Source: an uncultured Verrucomicrobiales bacterium (GTDB lineage Bacteria; Verrucomicrobiota; Verrucomicrobiia; Verrucomicrobiales; DEV007). From it: 45,869 nt of DNA. The notes beneath the pieces were generated by a model, which did not search any database, was not told the origin of the DNA, and saw only the letters and a list, made by a program, of their open reading frames with translations. The stretch is taken from assembly GCA_938091905.1 (NCBI GenBank), contig CALKOM010000056.1:1-45869 (forward strand), written 5' to 3'. Position numbers and translations under genes: made by a program. Shown piece by piece: positions 1 through 10,351 of the stretch; the first letter of the stretch is position 1, and each line of letters opens with the position of its first letter.

Positions 1-78
1 CATCACGGAGCGCTTACTTTGTCCATCTACGAGTACTTTGCGGCGTACTCGGGCCCATTGTTTCATTTCCATATACAC
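1..78 (-). CDS. istA: IS21-family transposase IstA, 5' end only (runs off the window edge)
   Basis: Manual translation from GTG at 78 gives MYMEMKQWARVRRKVLVDGQSKRSVM, matching the recalled N-terminus of PVC-type IS21 IstA (M..QW..IRR.VLVEG.SKR). RBS-like AAAGGA just upstream. Absent from the ORF track because it is truncated. Confidence 0.7.
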   Translation of the reverse strand, partial: MYMEMKQWARVRRKVLVDGQSKRSVM

Positions 79-95
79 GCATCCTTTCTGATGCG

Positions 96-150
96 CGTAC
101 CGGTTTTAGTCCGCCTTCTTCTCCGTACCGGTTTTCAACCGGCGTTTAGA
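96..150 (-). mobile_element. IS21-family left end with internal direct repeats
   Basis: Minus strand reads TCTAAACGCCGGTTGAAAACCGGTACG...CTAAAACCGGTACG. CGTACCGGTTTT occurs at 96-107 and 124-135, immediately upstream of istA. Multiple subterminal repeats are typical of IS21 ends. Confidence 0.65.
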
Positions 151-487
151 GTGCTGTGCCGATGGGCGAAATAGTGTGGTAATCGCTGGAGAAACGATCA
201 ACAACTCCCTCATAACCCTAACGCTCCACCCGAGTGGGCTGCACGCAGAACTGCAAGCCCTAAAGAAGCGATGCACATAGGCAAGAGTGTAAGGTCTTGT
301 TTTCGCTGTTCAGCGAGGTCCTCGGCTTTATGGATGGAGAGCTAATGTAGTCCGGCGAAGAACTCTTGAGCGGCCTTGCTGTTACGATTTCGCGGAGAGC
401 AGGGTAGTTGGTTCAGCCGTAGTATCACAAACCCCGTTCTTCATTATCGCGCTACAGGTCTAGTGGTCCTTTGCTCGCTTGGTGTGT

Positions 488-515
488 CCAGTTTTGGTAT
501 CCCAGTTTTGGCATC
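488..515. repeat. 14-bp tandem repeat CCAGTTTTGG(T/C)ATC, possible integrase arm-type sites
   Basis: Copies at 488-501 and 502-515 with 1 mismatch, about 50 bp beyond the tRNA 3' end. The function is inferred. Confidence 0.5.
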
Positions 516-564
516 CTGCCAACTAGCGTTGCCACAAGAACCGTCGTAACTCGTTGACTTTCAA

Positions 565-639
<75 letters not shown>

Positions 640-763
640 GTCCGGAAGAGTTTCTTAGCTTCGGGGGCTAGGATGCGCAACTTCTTAATGCGTAGATGGA
701 GTGAGAGTTTCTTTAGATCGGAAATCGTCCTTGGCAGGTGGGCGAGAGGGGGATTAGCGTCGA

Positions 764-1207
764 ATGATGAGGTGGTCACTTTCTTCCGTTCTCGTGGGTG
801 TTGTCATCGGTGTTTTCGTGCTGGGACAAGATGAGGCGCTGGCTCTTCGCCCTGGAGAGAATGGAGATCGGCATTTCAGAAAGTCTGAGCGAGGCCCAGG
901 TATCCTTACTGATCGCCTTGAAAGACGGAAGATTGCGCGTGAAGAACGCCGTGAGAAGGTCCTGGCTGTAACCGAAGAGAGTTCGTCTACCGTGATGAAA
1001 TCCACTGGGAAAAGGGAGGCCGCGAAGGTGGATGCTGTGGATCGAAAGTTGAAGAAGGCGGAGCCTGAGAAGCGTCGCGAAGGGCAAACGGCACCTGTTG
1101 AAGCTCGTACGGTGCGAGAGACGCGTCGTGGTCCTGGACGTGCAGGCAAGGGTGCCGGGCCGGTAAAACGCCGGCGTGTCGTGCTCAAGCCGCTCTTCGG
1201 TAACTGA
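764..1207 (+). CDS. Hypothetical basic, low-complexity protein with signal-peptide-like N-terminus
   Basis: Hydrophobic N-terminus ending EALA, then an R/K/E-rich body. The stop abuts that of the convergent trx-like gene. Confidence 0.5.
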   Translation: MMRWSLSSVLVGVVIGVFVLGQDEALALRPGENGDRHFRKSERGPGILTDRLERRKIAREERREKVLAVTEESSSTVMKSTGKREAAKVDAVDRKLKKAEPEKRREGQTAPVEARTVRETRRGPGRAGKGAGPVKRRRVVLKPLFGN

Positions 1208-1208
1208 T

Positions 1209-1649
1209 TTACTGGTAAGCGTCTTCGCAGTAGGCAAGGACCTTTGATTCAAGCGCTGGAAAGTTTGCGAAGTCTTCCTCGGTGAGCGTGGCTGCGATTA
1301 GGCCGTCTTTAAACAGTAGGAGCGTGGGGGTGGTCGAGACGCGGTAACGCATGGCAAGCGAGCTGTTCGTAGCAAGGTCGACGCGCGTGACTTTGAATCT
1401 GCCCTGCAGAGATTCTCGAGTATCTTCAATGATAGCATCTAGGTCTTCGCTGGGCGCTGATCCTTTCTGGTGGAACATCACGAGTACTGGTTTGCGCTCC
1501 TGAACGATTTCTCTATCCCAGGTGCCTATAGTGACATCAAGTGGCGCATCGAAAACGGCACCAGTCGACATTCCGGGCCGCCATGGATTAAGGTGATAGA
1601 CAAGGGCGATGAGGGCGAAGATGATGACATACGGGCTTAGCTTGCTCAT
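1209..1649 (-). CDS. Membrane-anchored thioredoxin-fold protein lacking CxxC
   Basis: KPVLVMF..GSAPS...KVTRVD....LAMRYRVSTTPTLLLFKDG follows the Trx pattern, with SAPS at the CGPC position. N-terminal TM segment. Confidence 0.8.
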   Translation of the reverse strand: MSKLSPYVIIFALIALVYHLNPWRPGMSTGAVFDAPLDVTIGTWDREIVQERKPVLVMFHQKGSAPSEDLDAIIEDTRESLQGRFKVTRVDLATNSSLAMRYRVSTTPTLLLFKDGLIAATLTEEDFANFPALESKVLAYCEDAYQ

Positions 1650-1671
1650 GATCGGATGGATGTTCTATGGG

Positions 1672-2537
1672 TTAGTCGTTCTTGGTCGTCGGTATTGACT
1701 TGATCGCGGTTGAGACCCACTCGTGGAGTGAGGATTCTGCTTCGGACCAGGACTGTTGGCCGGTGAGGATGAGTTCGATACTTTGCCGCGATTCTACGCG
1801 CTTGCGTTCCCAAGTGTGTTTCAGTCGGTTACCGGGTGCGCTTTCGAGATCGATGAGTGTGAGGGTGTGATCCCAGACGCCAAACCAAACAAAGACCGAG
1901 CGATTCTGCGAGAGAAATTGGTGGCCGTGGAACTGAATGTAGGTCCCGTTGCTTGTCGTGGTGGTGATCGCCTTGATACTATCTACCCTTTTTAATCCGA
2001 CGGAAGGTAGGCAAACCTCAGGGCGATGAATGGAGTTGAACAGGGAGATGCGATCGCGGTCCCAACGGAAGTGTAGGCAGTGGCCTTTGTGCCACTGGAG
2101 GGGATCCACGACGTGCGTTTGCCCTTGGAATAGCGGAGCTGGGTGCGAGCTCGATATGGAATCTCATCGTTCTGGTAAGAATGGCCAAGGTTGTCCCATT
2201 CAATAACTAACTGTTTCCCTGAATTGGTTTGATCCAGCCGCTCGAACCACATCGTTGATGCCATCACGGTGCCACCTAGCAAAAGAAAGGAAGTGATGAT
2301 ACCCCATCCGACAGGTGGTCGTTGAAGTGCTTTTCGAGTCCTGATATTTGGTTGGATCGGAGAAGAGAGTTGCCTTTCCACAAGGATATAGGCTGCAAAC
2401 AGAGTGGCGAGTGTTAGAACGGCTCTCGCATGATTACCGGCTGGTCTCATCAATTTGTGTGCGGGCGATGCAGACGGCTCTAGAAGGTGATGCAGCGACA
2501 GCGCTAAGTTTGGTCCAGCCTCTTGTCTGGGAGTCAC
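1672..2537 (-). pseudogene. Frameshifted exosortase C-terminal / EpsI-like gene
   Basis: ORF 1992-2537 (TM helices, ..QLRYSKG..SW..ATAY) joins ORF 1672-2109 (FRW..IHRPEVCLPSVG, EpsI-type motif) through an apparent 1-nt loss near 2071-2073. The upstream exosortase part is degenerate. Confidence 0.6.
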
Positions 2538-2739
2538 TTGCGCCGCTGGATCAGCGTTGGGTGCGAGCAGTGCTCATTTGGTCTGGAGAAACTGTGCCGA
2601 TGGTATCACTCAAGCCCTTGAAACTAAATCTATTTGAGGAGGAGAATCTGTGGCTTGAAGAACAGAACTCTGTCGCCGTGAACGGAGAAGGGTAGAGTGT
2701 GGACTATCCTATCTGCCAAAGGCAGCTCCTGCCCCTTGG

Positions 2740-3717
2740 CTATTTGATCTCTTCTTCTGATCCGTTGTAGATCCATTTGATAACTTTGCCGCCGCGAATG
2801 AGAGCTTTACCTTCTGTTTTGATTTCTCCAAAGATAGTGCTAGCGGTATAACCCACGACGCCTGTGTAATAGTCCTTGCCGTCGACTTCTTCGTAGCCGT
2901 TCCATCTCCAGTATTGGATCTGACCGAGTTTGATTTCCTTAACGGCGCTCGACTTGATACTGTCGATCATGATTTGAACCGTGCCGTCAGTATTGACAGC
3001 GGGTTCTTCACCGAGCGCCGACGCTGACGCTGAGCTGGGTGGAGGCGCAGATATACTCGCAGCAGCTTCGGATTCGCCTCCGGCGAGAAGACGCTGAATC
3101 TCTGCTTTACGAAGTTTTCTGACGCGGCTTTCCTGACGATGTTTCCACGTATCGTAGGTCTTGCGGACTTGATCCTTAAAGTCCGTGTCGTCGAGTGGGA
3201 TTGAGCCGGTCATGGTGGTGTTGCCAGGGTTTCCTGAAACTGTGAGTTGAGACCCTTCGAGTGAAACTGGATAAGCCTGTTGCCCGATCCGAAGCGTGGA
3301 CTTACCTCCTACCTTTCCGTTGATCATGAGCTCTAGATCGACGGCTTTCTTGAGAGTGACGACTTTTGGGTAGGCGTTCTTTGGTACTTTGCGCCAGTTA
3401 CCGACCCGGCTTTCCAATGAGGCGAAGTTAGGCAGAGGATACTTGTCGGCCACTTGACTTTCGATGTCAGCACTGCTGAGCACGGTGGGATCAGGAGTTG
3501 AACTGATGCTCTCCGCAGTAGAGCTGGTTGAGGGGGCTGTTGGCGAAGGTGTCGGCGAAGGCGTTGGCGCGGAGCCGGGTTGAGCTGGGGTAGTGCGCTC
3601 CGTGGGGGTTCTGCCGAGAAGACCTTGCTCTTCCAAATAGGTCCTGATCTGTTCCCGATAGATCAGGACGAGCGCGGTTGGTGCAATGAAGACAAGTAAG
3701 TAAAAGAGAGTGCGCAT
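2740..3717 (-). CDS. Hypothetical membrane-anchored protein with Pro/Ser/Thr-rich linker
   Basis: 325-aa ORF with an N-terminal TM helix, a PTPSPTPSPT linker and globular C-terminal regions. Confidence 0.8.
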   Translation of the reverse strand: MRTLFYLLVFIAPTALVLIYREQIRTYLEEQGLLGRTPTERTTPAQPGSAPTPSPTPSPTAPSTSSTAESISSTPDPTVLSSADIESQVADKYPLPNFASLESRVGNWRKVPKNAYPKVVTLKKAVDLELMINGKVGGKSTLRIGQQAYPVSLEGSQLTVSGNPGNTTMTGSIPLDDTDFKDQVRKTYDTWKHRQESRVRKLRKAEIQRLLAGGESEAAASISAPPPSSASASALGEEPAVNTDGTVQIMIDSIKSSAVKEIKLGQIQYWRWNGYEEVDGKDYYTGVVGYTASTIFGEIKTEGKALIRGGKVIKWIYNGSEEEIK

Positions 3718-3974
3718 AACAGGACCAGGGATTGCAGCGAACCTACATCGGCTGTTTGGAATGCAAAGCCAAGGCTCCCAATTTGGAGAGTCTCGGCGGG
3801 GCAGGAGGCCCGTGAAAGATCAGAGCTAGCAATATTAAAGGGTCCTTGATCTTATTTCTGTGAAATTCATATTTTTCATATAATTGGGAATTTATGCAAT
3901 TGCGCCTTGCGCTGGTTCGGTTCCTGAATAGAGGGTCGTCGTCCGGAGTCTGAGAGGACTCATTTGCGACGCTT

Positions 3975-4514
3975 ATGAAATACTTGAAAAGCTTGTGTTG
4001 GATCGCGGCGAGTTTGTTCGCTTGCCAGAATCTTTATGCGAACGCAGAATCAGAGACCTTGGGTTGTGCCTCCGTAGCCGAGATAGAGATTGAAGCGAGG
4101 ACTGTGCTCACGACGGCCTACTCCCATGGGGAGGCGGATCACTTGAAATATGGCAAAAAGAATGCGATTGGGACACCGCTTCGTTATGGTAAGATTCGCA
4201 GTGCCGCTGCTGATTGGTCACGTTTTCCGTTAGGAACGAGGTTCCGACTCGTGAGTGATCCGGACACTCTTTATGTGGTGGATGACTATGGTAGTGCGTT
4301 GGTGGGTAAGGAGACGATTGATCTTTATAAACCTACCATGAGCTCCATGCGTAAGTGGGGGATGCGCCACGTGGAAATTGAGATTGTCAAATGGGGATGT
4401 CTGATAGAGAGCCTGCGCATTTTGAAGCCGCGAGCTACGAAGGCGAGGCATGTGCGTCGAATGGTTTGGGCTATTCAGAAGCGAATAAATGCTGTTGGAA
4501 ACTTAAATAGTTAG
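3975..4514 (+). CDS. 3D (Asp-Asp-Asp) domain protein, MltA-like peptidoglycan-related
   Basis: TTAY..., SAAADWSRFPLGT, YVVDDYGSALVG..TIDLY motifs and a signal peptide. Confidence 0.85.
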   Translation: MKYLKSLCWIAASLFACQNLYANAESETLGCASVAEIEIEARTVLTTAYSHGEADHLKYGKKNAIGTPLRYGKIRSAAADWSRFPLGTRFRLVSDPDTLYVVDDYGSALVGKETIDLYKPTMSSMRKWGMRHVEIEIVKWGCLIESLRILKPRATKARHVRRMVWAIQKRINAVGNLNS

Positions 4515-5425
4515 GCTGCCCGCAGAAGACAAAGCGTAGCGACGCCAGTGATGCCTATGATAGCGCCCGCGATTGCTCGTCGGGTGGGGACTTCTCGTTC
4601 TAACAAGAACAGGAGAACCATTAGTGCGATTGGCGATGTGGAGACGATAGCTTGGACGAAGGCACTGTTCTGCACGACGACAAGTGACCATTGAAAGCAG
4701 CTTACGCCGAGGACGGGGCCGCACGCTGCAGCTCCGACCAGCCATGGAGCGATGTTTTTCGTGGGCTTCCTAATAATAGATTGGCCGTTCTTTCGAAGAA
4801 AGATCGTCCAGACTAGTGTGGCGACTAGGAGGACCATCCAACCGGCTCCGCAGCGTTGAAACGCTTGGGCGAAAGGCGCGACCTGAGTCGGCTCGGCATG
4901 ACTTTCTGCCCAGCGGCTGAGGACAGCACCAATTCCTTGACCCATCCCAGCGATTACTGCGAGAGCAAGGCCTAGTGGGTAGTCGCGCTCGCGATGAGGC
5001 TTGACGGCACGTTTGCCCGTGATCGAGAGACCGACTCCCAAGAGAACGATTAGCATGGCGATGAACTCATGCCCACTGATCTTGGTTCCCATGAGCAGTA
5101 ATTCTCCTGCTGCGGCAAAGAGCGGGGCCAGGCAGAGATTAATCAGCATTGTGAGGCGTGCACCAAGCCGAGCAAACGCAAGAAAGAGGCCTATATCGCC
5201 GATGCCAAATCCGACGGCGCCACTAATCATGAACCAAGGGAGGGCAGCATTGTCGATCTGTAGTCCTCCTGTTAGAGAGATCGCGAGTGTGGCGAGAAGC
5301 ACCATGGCCAGGCTGAGCCTTGTAAGATTTGCCCACATGGGGTCCATCATCGTCGTGAGGCGCTGCCCGCAGATTGCGGACGCGGCGAAGAACCAGGTGG
5401 TTAGAATCGGTGGTAGCCAGATCAC
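4511..5425 (-). CDS. EamA/DMT family transporter
   Basis: About 10 TM helices in two repeats; SGAVGFGIGD..LF.AF..LGAR motif. Confidence 0.9.
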   Translation of the reverse strand: MIWLPPILTTWFFAASAICGQRLTTMMDPMWANLTRLSLAMVLLATLAISLTGGLQIDNAALPWFMISGAVGFGIGDIGLFLAFARLGARLTMLINLCLAPLFAAAGELLLMGTKISGHEFIAMLIVLLGVGLSITGKRAVKPHRERDYPLGLALAVIAGMGQGIGAVLSRWAESHAEPTQVAPFAQAFQRCGAGWMVLLVATLVWTIFLRKNGQSIIRKPTKNIAPWLVGAAACGPVLGVSCFQWSLVVVQNSAFVQAIVSTSPIALMVLLFLLEREVPTRRAIAGAIIGITGVATLCLLRAA

Positions 5426-5488
5426 GTGCTTTCATCCAAGCGGTCAACTTGGGGGGGCGTCGACTCAATTCTTTCCGCTTATCCGCTC

Positions 5489-6295
5489 TTACAAAGTGCG
5501 CACGGCTTCAACCATGGCTTTGACGCGATCTCGGCATAGTGGGTTTTCCCAATGGCCCTTCTCCTTGAGAGACGAGCCGACAATGAAGCCGCTGGCATCT
5601 CGGTAGTCAGCGATATTCTCTATGGTGATTCCTGAGCCGATATAAACTGGTGTCTTCGGAGTGATCGCGCGGACTGCTTTAAAATCATTTGGATCGGTAG
5701 GAGCTGCGGTATGCCCGCCGGTGACAATGATAGCATCACAAAGATTGTAGGCGGCGGTTTGTGCGGTGTCTGCTAGAGAGATGTCACTCGTGACCGCGTG
5801 TGCGCTGTGTTTCTTCTTGATGTCCGCCCATATGGAAATGGCCTCAGCCTCGGATCCGATTCGGGTCCGATAGCGTAGGAGGTCTCCTGCGCAGGCACCG
5901 ATCCAGCCTTCATCGGCCACGTGTCCATAGACAAAGCCTTCTACTCGAACGAAATCTAAGTTGGCGGCGAGGGCAATGGCGATAGCCGCTTCGTTTGCTC
6001 CAGCCAGCACTTGGACTCCACATGGGCAGGTGAGGACTGAACGTACTTCTACCACCAAGCGAGTCATTGTCGCTACGATTTCCGGTCCCACGTTGCCGCC
6101 CTTCAAGTAGGGCCGGTCATGCATGTTCTCCAGAATGACGCCATCTACCTGGGCGTCTCGATAGATGACGGCTTCGCGAACGGCGTCTGAGATGAGATCT
6201 TTGAGTGTCTTTGTTGCACGCGGTGTTCCGGGCAGAGCGCCTAGGTGTATCATGCCAATCACCGCTGGCTGATTGGCGAATGGAGACGGAGTCAT
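5489..6295 (-). CDS. BtpA/SgcQ family TIM-barrel protein
   Basis: IGMIHLGALPGTP, ENMHDRPY, ADIKKKH, IVTG..T and GSGIT motifs. Start moved to ATG 6295 to avoid overlap with the upstream gene. Confidence 0.92.
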   Translation of the reverse strand: MTPSPFANQPAVIGMIHLGALPGTPRATKTLKDLISDAVREAVIYRDAQVDGVILENMHDRPYLKGGNVGPEIVATMTRLVVEVRSVLTCPCGVQVLAGANEAAIAIALAANLDFVRVEGFVYGHVADEGWIGACAGDLLRYRTRIGSEAEAISIWADIKKKHSAHAVTSDISLADTAQTAAYNLCDAIIVTGGHTAAPTDPNDFKAVRAITPKTPVYIGSGITIENIADYRDASGFIVGSSLKEKGHWENPLCRDRVKAMVEAVRTL

Positions 6296-6314
6296 GAATT
6301 CAGGCGCTCTAGCT

Positions 6315-7880
6315 TTAATCGAAGGATGTCCGAGCTTTCTTGGCAAGCTCGCCCCATTCGACATCGAGAGCCTTTGCTTGGTCTACAGTGATCTCGTCTA
6401 ACGATCCCTTAATCGGAATCGCAATCCAACCATAACCAGCGTTATCTTGAGTGAAGTGTTTGGCGCGGTAGGACTCTTCTTTGCCCAATAGCTCCCACGG
6501 CATTCCGATGCGGACGCTCCCTCGGAATCCAACTTCGGGCCCTTCTTCCTCGAGATCTTCTTCGAGAGGCTTCTTGATCGAATCAAGGGTGAGCGACTTG
6601 TCGAGCTTGGTTGTGTCCATTTGATAGGAGAAATTCCCAAGCATCCGGGCGTAGTTGAGGACCTCACCATCGTCCCGCTTGAATCCAGTTACACCAACGG
6701 CAGCGCCACCACCTTGTATGGTGATCGAGCTGACGGTGAGAACGCCCTGGCGGGTCTTGAATTTTAATCGACTACCAGAACGAATGGGCATCGAACGCAT
6801 CTCACTTCGAGGCGTGATGACAGAAAGCGTAGTCAAAATTGGCATCTCCCGTAAGCGGCCGCCTTCGACCATGACCATTTCTCCTTCAAAGACAATACCA
6901 TCAGATCGGTTAGGCGACCCCGTAACTTGGAGCTCAAGGTCGGCCAGGCCTCCGAGATGTGGTTGAAATTCTTCCGGGATAATGTCAACCAGGTCAATGG
7001 TCTTCATAGACACCTGAAAATTGTATTCGGGAATCTCTCCTAGCTGGACGAACCCACTGATATTGACTCGGCCCGCATTGCCGAGGGTAAACGCGCCATT
7101 TGTGATGTGGAGCTTGTTATCATCTATACTGACATTGAGCGAGGCTCCTGGTGCCATCTTCAAGTTGTTTAGCCAGTTCTGGCTAAACACGCCGCCAGTT
7201 AGCACAAGTTTCCAATCACCCAACGTGCGTTTGATTGTGGCTGAGGATTGTGTTAGTTCACCCTTTGAAGTCCAAATGGGACCCCAATTGAAATTCGCCT
7301 CGTGGATACTGATTTCGCCAAACCGAGTCTTGCTAAAGTCTGGTGTGGCAGAGAACCAACTCGAGGAGCGTCGACGATCTGGCCTTCCTTCGCTGGCTTC
7401 AAGGGAGGGGCCTGCCTTGAGCATGAGATGGGCCTCACCGATCTCGACTTCATCAAGTTTCCAACCGTTATCCAAAAGGAGATCCCGCCAACTCGCCTTT
7501 GCCGCGACACGTCGCAGATCGATGGATCGAAAGAATGCATGGGGTCCACCTGTGCCTTTGTAGCTTGTCAGCAATTGATCACCCGATTTCCAGAAGACCT
7601 TCTCCATCTCACTGTTCTCGCCGCCCAGATAGTGATCCATTTCTAGCTGCACCTCGTTGGTGAAGCCTTCGCCATTGAAATACTTGCGGTTTCTCAAGAA
7701 GAGAATGGCCCCCAAAACGACCAAGATGATGACGAACCGGATGAAATATCCAGCCAACTGGAAGATGACGGGGCTGTCCGCGTCAGGATGGAAGGCACGA
7801 TGGCGCATCTTCCGGAGAAACTTCTTCTCGGCATCATAGTCTCGCATCGCTTGCGAGTAGGACCTGTCATCGCGGGGCAT
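6315..7880 (-). CDS. Hypothetical inner-membrane-anchored beta-rich protein (AsmA-like by inference)
   Basis: 521-aa ORF with a single N-terminal TM helix followed by an alternating-hydrophobic beta-strand pattern. Confidence 0.7.
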   Translation of the reverse strand: MPRDDRSYSQAMRDYDAEKKFLRKMRHRAFHPDADSPVIFQLAGYFIRFVIILVVLGAILFLRNRKYFNGEGFTNEVQLEMDHYLGGENSEMEKVFWKSGDQLLTSYKGTGGPHAFFRSIDLRRVAAKASWRDLLLDNGWKLDEVEIGEAHLMLKAGPSLEASEGRPDRRRSSSWFSATPDFSKTRFGEISIHEANFNWGPIWTSKGELTQSSATIKRTLGDWKLVLTGGVFSQNWLNNLKMAPGASLNVSIDDNKLHITNGAFTLGNAGRVNISGFVQLGEIPEYNFQVSMKTIDLVDIIPEEFQPHLGGLADLELQVTGSPNRSDGIVFEGEMVMVEGGRLREMPILTTLSVITPRSEMRSMPIRSGSRLKFKTRQGVLTVSSITIQGGGAAVGVTGFKRDDGEVLNYARMLGNFSYQMDTTKLDKSLTLDSIKKPLEEDLEEEGPEVGFRGSVRIGMPWELLGKEESYRAKHFTQDNAGYGWIAIPIKGSLDEITVDQAKALDVEWGELAKKARTSFD

Positions 7881-8046
7881 TTTCAGAAAATATGGTTTAT
7901 TTGATGGTTAGCAATGACAAACGTTCTAGGCAATCCACCGCCTTTTCAAGCCGACTACAGAGGGATTTCATGCCTTGTCTCGAGCGCAAGTCAAGGATTT
8001 GACCGTTGGCCTTGTCCGCTTGTTCGATCTATGGCTCATTCTCGTT

Positions 8047-10269
8047 ATGTCTTTCCATCTACGTCATGCCGTCCTTGGCATTTGCCTCCTCTTTAGTCTC
8101 GCGATCATGACTGCTCTGCATGCTGAAGAATCTAGGAAACGCAAGCCGCTGCCTGCGGCTGAGGAAATTGCCAAGCTGCCGAAAGACGGTGGTCCGAAGT
8201 ACAATCGACTCGTCTTTGAGAAGAGCCCGTATCTGCTTCAGCACGCGGCGAACCCGATTGATTGGTGGCCGTGGGGTGAGGCTGCTTTTGCAGCAGCCAA
8301 GAAGCAGAACAAGCCTGTCTTCCTTTCGATAGGTTACGCGACTTGTCACTGGTGCCACGTCATGGAGCACGAGTCTTTTGAAGACGCGAAGGTCGCCAAG
8401 TTTATGAACGACAAGTTTATCTGCATCAAAGTCGACCGCGAAGAAATGCCGCATGTCGATCAGGTCTACATGACAGTGACTCAGGGCATGAACAATGGAA
8501 ATGGCGGTTGGCCAATGAGCGTGGCCATGACCGCCGAGCAGAAGCCCTTCTTTGCTGGCACCTATTTTCCCAAAGAGGGCTTCATGCAGATCATGGCAAA
8601 CATTGAGAAGCTTTGGGCCGAAGACCCCAAGAAGCTGTTGGAGAGCTCCGATGGTATCACTCAGCAACTGAAAGCCATGGCGCAATCGGCGGCAGGTGAC
8701 TTGCCTGGTGTTGATGTGTTAGACAAGGCCTTTGCTTACTTCGAGGAGACTTTTGACGGGGACTTCGCTGGTTTTGGAGCGGCGCCAAGATTTGCACCGA
8801 AATTTCCTGGGCCCCATGATTACTCACTCTTGCTTCGCCATTGGAAGCGTACGGGCTCGAAGAAGGCATTGGACATGGTGACACGGTCACTCAAGGCAAT
8901 GCGCCTAGGCGGCATGTATGACCAGGTGGGCTTTGGCACGCATCGATACTCGACAGATAGGGAATGGCTCGTGCCCCACTTTGAAAAGATGCTCTACGAC
9001 CAAGCGTTGTTGGCTATTGCCAACATTGAAGCTTACCAGGCGACTGGAGATTCTTTCTTCCGAAGCACGGCGGAAGAAATCTTCACCTATGTGTTGCGGG
9101 ACATGCAGGATCCTGGTGGGGCGTTCTATTGCGCTGAGGACGCAGATAGTGAAGGGGAGGAAGGCAAATTTTACGTCTGGAATCATGCCGAGATACTGGA
9201 GATTCTTGGAGAGGGAGAAGGGACACTCTTCGCGCGTATCTATAACATTCTGCCAGGTGGAAACTGGGTTGAGGAGTCCTCTCGTGAAGAGATGACAACC
9301 AACATTCCACATCTCAAAAAGACGTTCGCTGAGATAGCCAAAGACGAGAATCTGGAGGAAGTAGAGTTGCGCAAACGGTTGCACGGCTTGCGAGCTAAGC
9401 TGTTTACCGAACGAGAGAAACGCATCCACCCACTAAAGGACGACAAGATCCTAACGGACTGGAATGGCCTCATGATTGCAGCACTCGCCAAGGCGGGCAT
9501 TGCCTTTAATGAACCTAGTTATACCAAGGAAGCCCAGCGCGCCGCAGATTTCATTCTGAAGACGTTACGAAATGACAAGGGGCGCTTACTCAAGCGCTAT
9601 CGTGATGGCGATGCGGGGCTCGAAGCCTTTCTCGAAGACTATGCCTACATGCTCTGGGGCTTGGTCGATCTCTATGAGGCTTCTTTCGAGCCAAAGTATT
9701 TGGTTGAAGCGAAGGCTCTCGCCAAGATCCTCCATGAGCACTATCGGGACGAAGAGAATGGCGGGTTCTTTACCACTGCTGATGATGGCGAGAAACTGAT
9801 CGTGCGTACCAAGGAAGTCTATGACGGCGCGCAGCCTTCTGGGAATTCCGTGGCGGCGCTTAACCTACTTCGATTGTCCCGTCTCACCGGGGACACGGAG
9901 TTTGAACAGCAGGCCAAGAAGACGATTCAAGCCTTTGGAAGCCAGATCTCGGAACGGGCCGCAGGCTACTCTCTGATCCTGCAGGCGGTCGACTTTATTC
10001 ACGCCAGCACGCGAGAGATTGTGGTCGCAGGCAAGTCAGGCGCCGAGGATACGAAGCAAATGTTAGCACTCGTCCAGCGACGCTTTGATCCGCACAAAGT
10101 GATTCTCTTTAAGGCAGACGGCGCTCAAGGCGATGAGTTGGGCAAGGCCATACCTTATGTGGCCCCGCACAGCAGCGACGAAGGAAAAGCGCGTGTGTTT
10201 GTGTGCCAGGACTTTGTTTGCAAACGGCCCGAGTCGGAGATCGAGAAAGTGAAGGCCCTTCTAAAGTAG
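8047..10269 (+). CDS. YyaL/SSP411 family thioredoxin-domain (DUF255) plus six-hairpin glycosidase-like protein
   Basis: [44 protein letters not shown] and [11 protein letters not shown] motifs. Signal peptide after ATG 8047. Confidence 0.95.
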   Translation: MSFHLRHAVLGICLLFSLAIMTALHAEESRKRKPLPAAEEIAKLPKDGGPKYNRLVFEKSPYLLQHAANPIDWWPWGEAAFAAAKKQNKPVFLSIGYATCHWCHVMEHESFEDAKVAKFMNDKFICIKVDREEMPHVDQVYMTVTQGMNNGNGGWPMSVAMTAEQKPFFAGTYFPKEGFMQIMANIEKLWAEDPKKLLESSDGITQQLKAMAQSAAGDLPGVDVLDKAFAYFEETFDGDFAGFGAAPRFAPKFPGPHDYSLLLRHWKRTGSKKALDMVTRSLKAMRLGGMYDQVGFGTHRYSTDREWLVPHFEKMLYDQALLAIANIEAYQATGDSFFRSTAEEIFTYVLRDMQDPGGAFYCAEDADSEGEEGKFYVWNHAEILEILGEGEGTLFARIYNILPGGNWVEESSREEMTTNIPHLKKTFAEIAKDENLEEVELRKRLHGLRAKLFTEREKRIHPLKDDKILTDWNGLMIAALAKAGIAFNEPSYTKEAQRAADFILKTLRNDKGRLLKRYRDGDAGLEAFLEDYAYMLWGLVDLYEASFEPKYLVEAKALAKILHEHYRDEENGGFFTTADDGEKLIVRTKEVYDGAQPSGNSVAALNLLRLSRLTGDTEFEQQAKKTIQAFGSQISERAAGYSLILQAVDFIHASTREIVVAGKSGAEDTKQMLALVQRRFDPHKVILFKADGAQGDELGKAIPYVAPHSSDEGKARVFVCQDFVCKRPESEIEKVKALLK

Positions 10270-10351
10270 AGCAACATTCCAATGTTGCTTGTAGCAAGCG
10301 GCGCGTGTTCTCTCTTGAAACGACTTCTGAGGAGTCGATCTGCGCGTCCAC

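Noticed and set aside
8335..8360. CHWCH in YyaL as a c-type heme motif
   Set aside because: This is the conserved thioredoxin-like CxxC of the DUF255 family.
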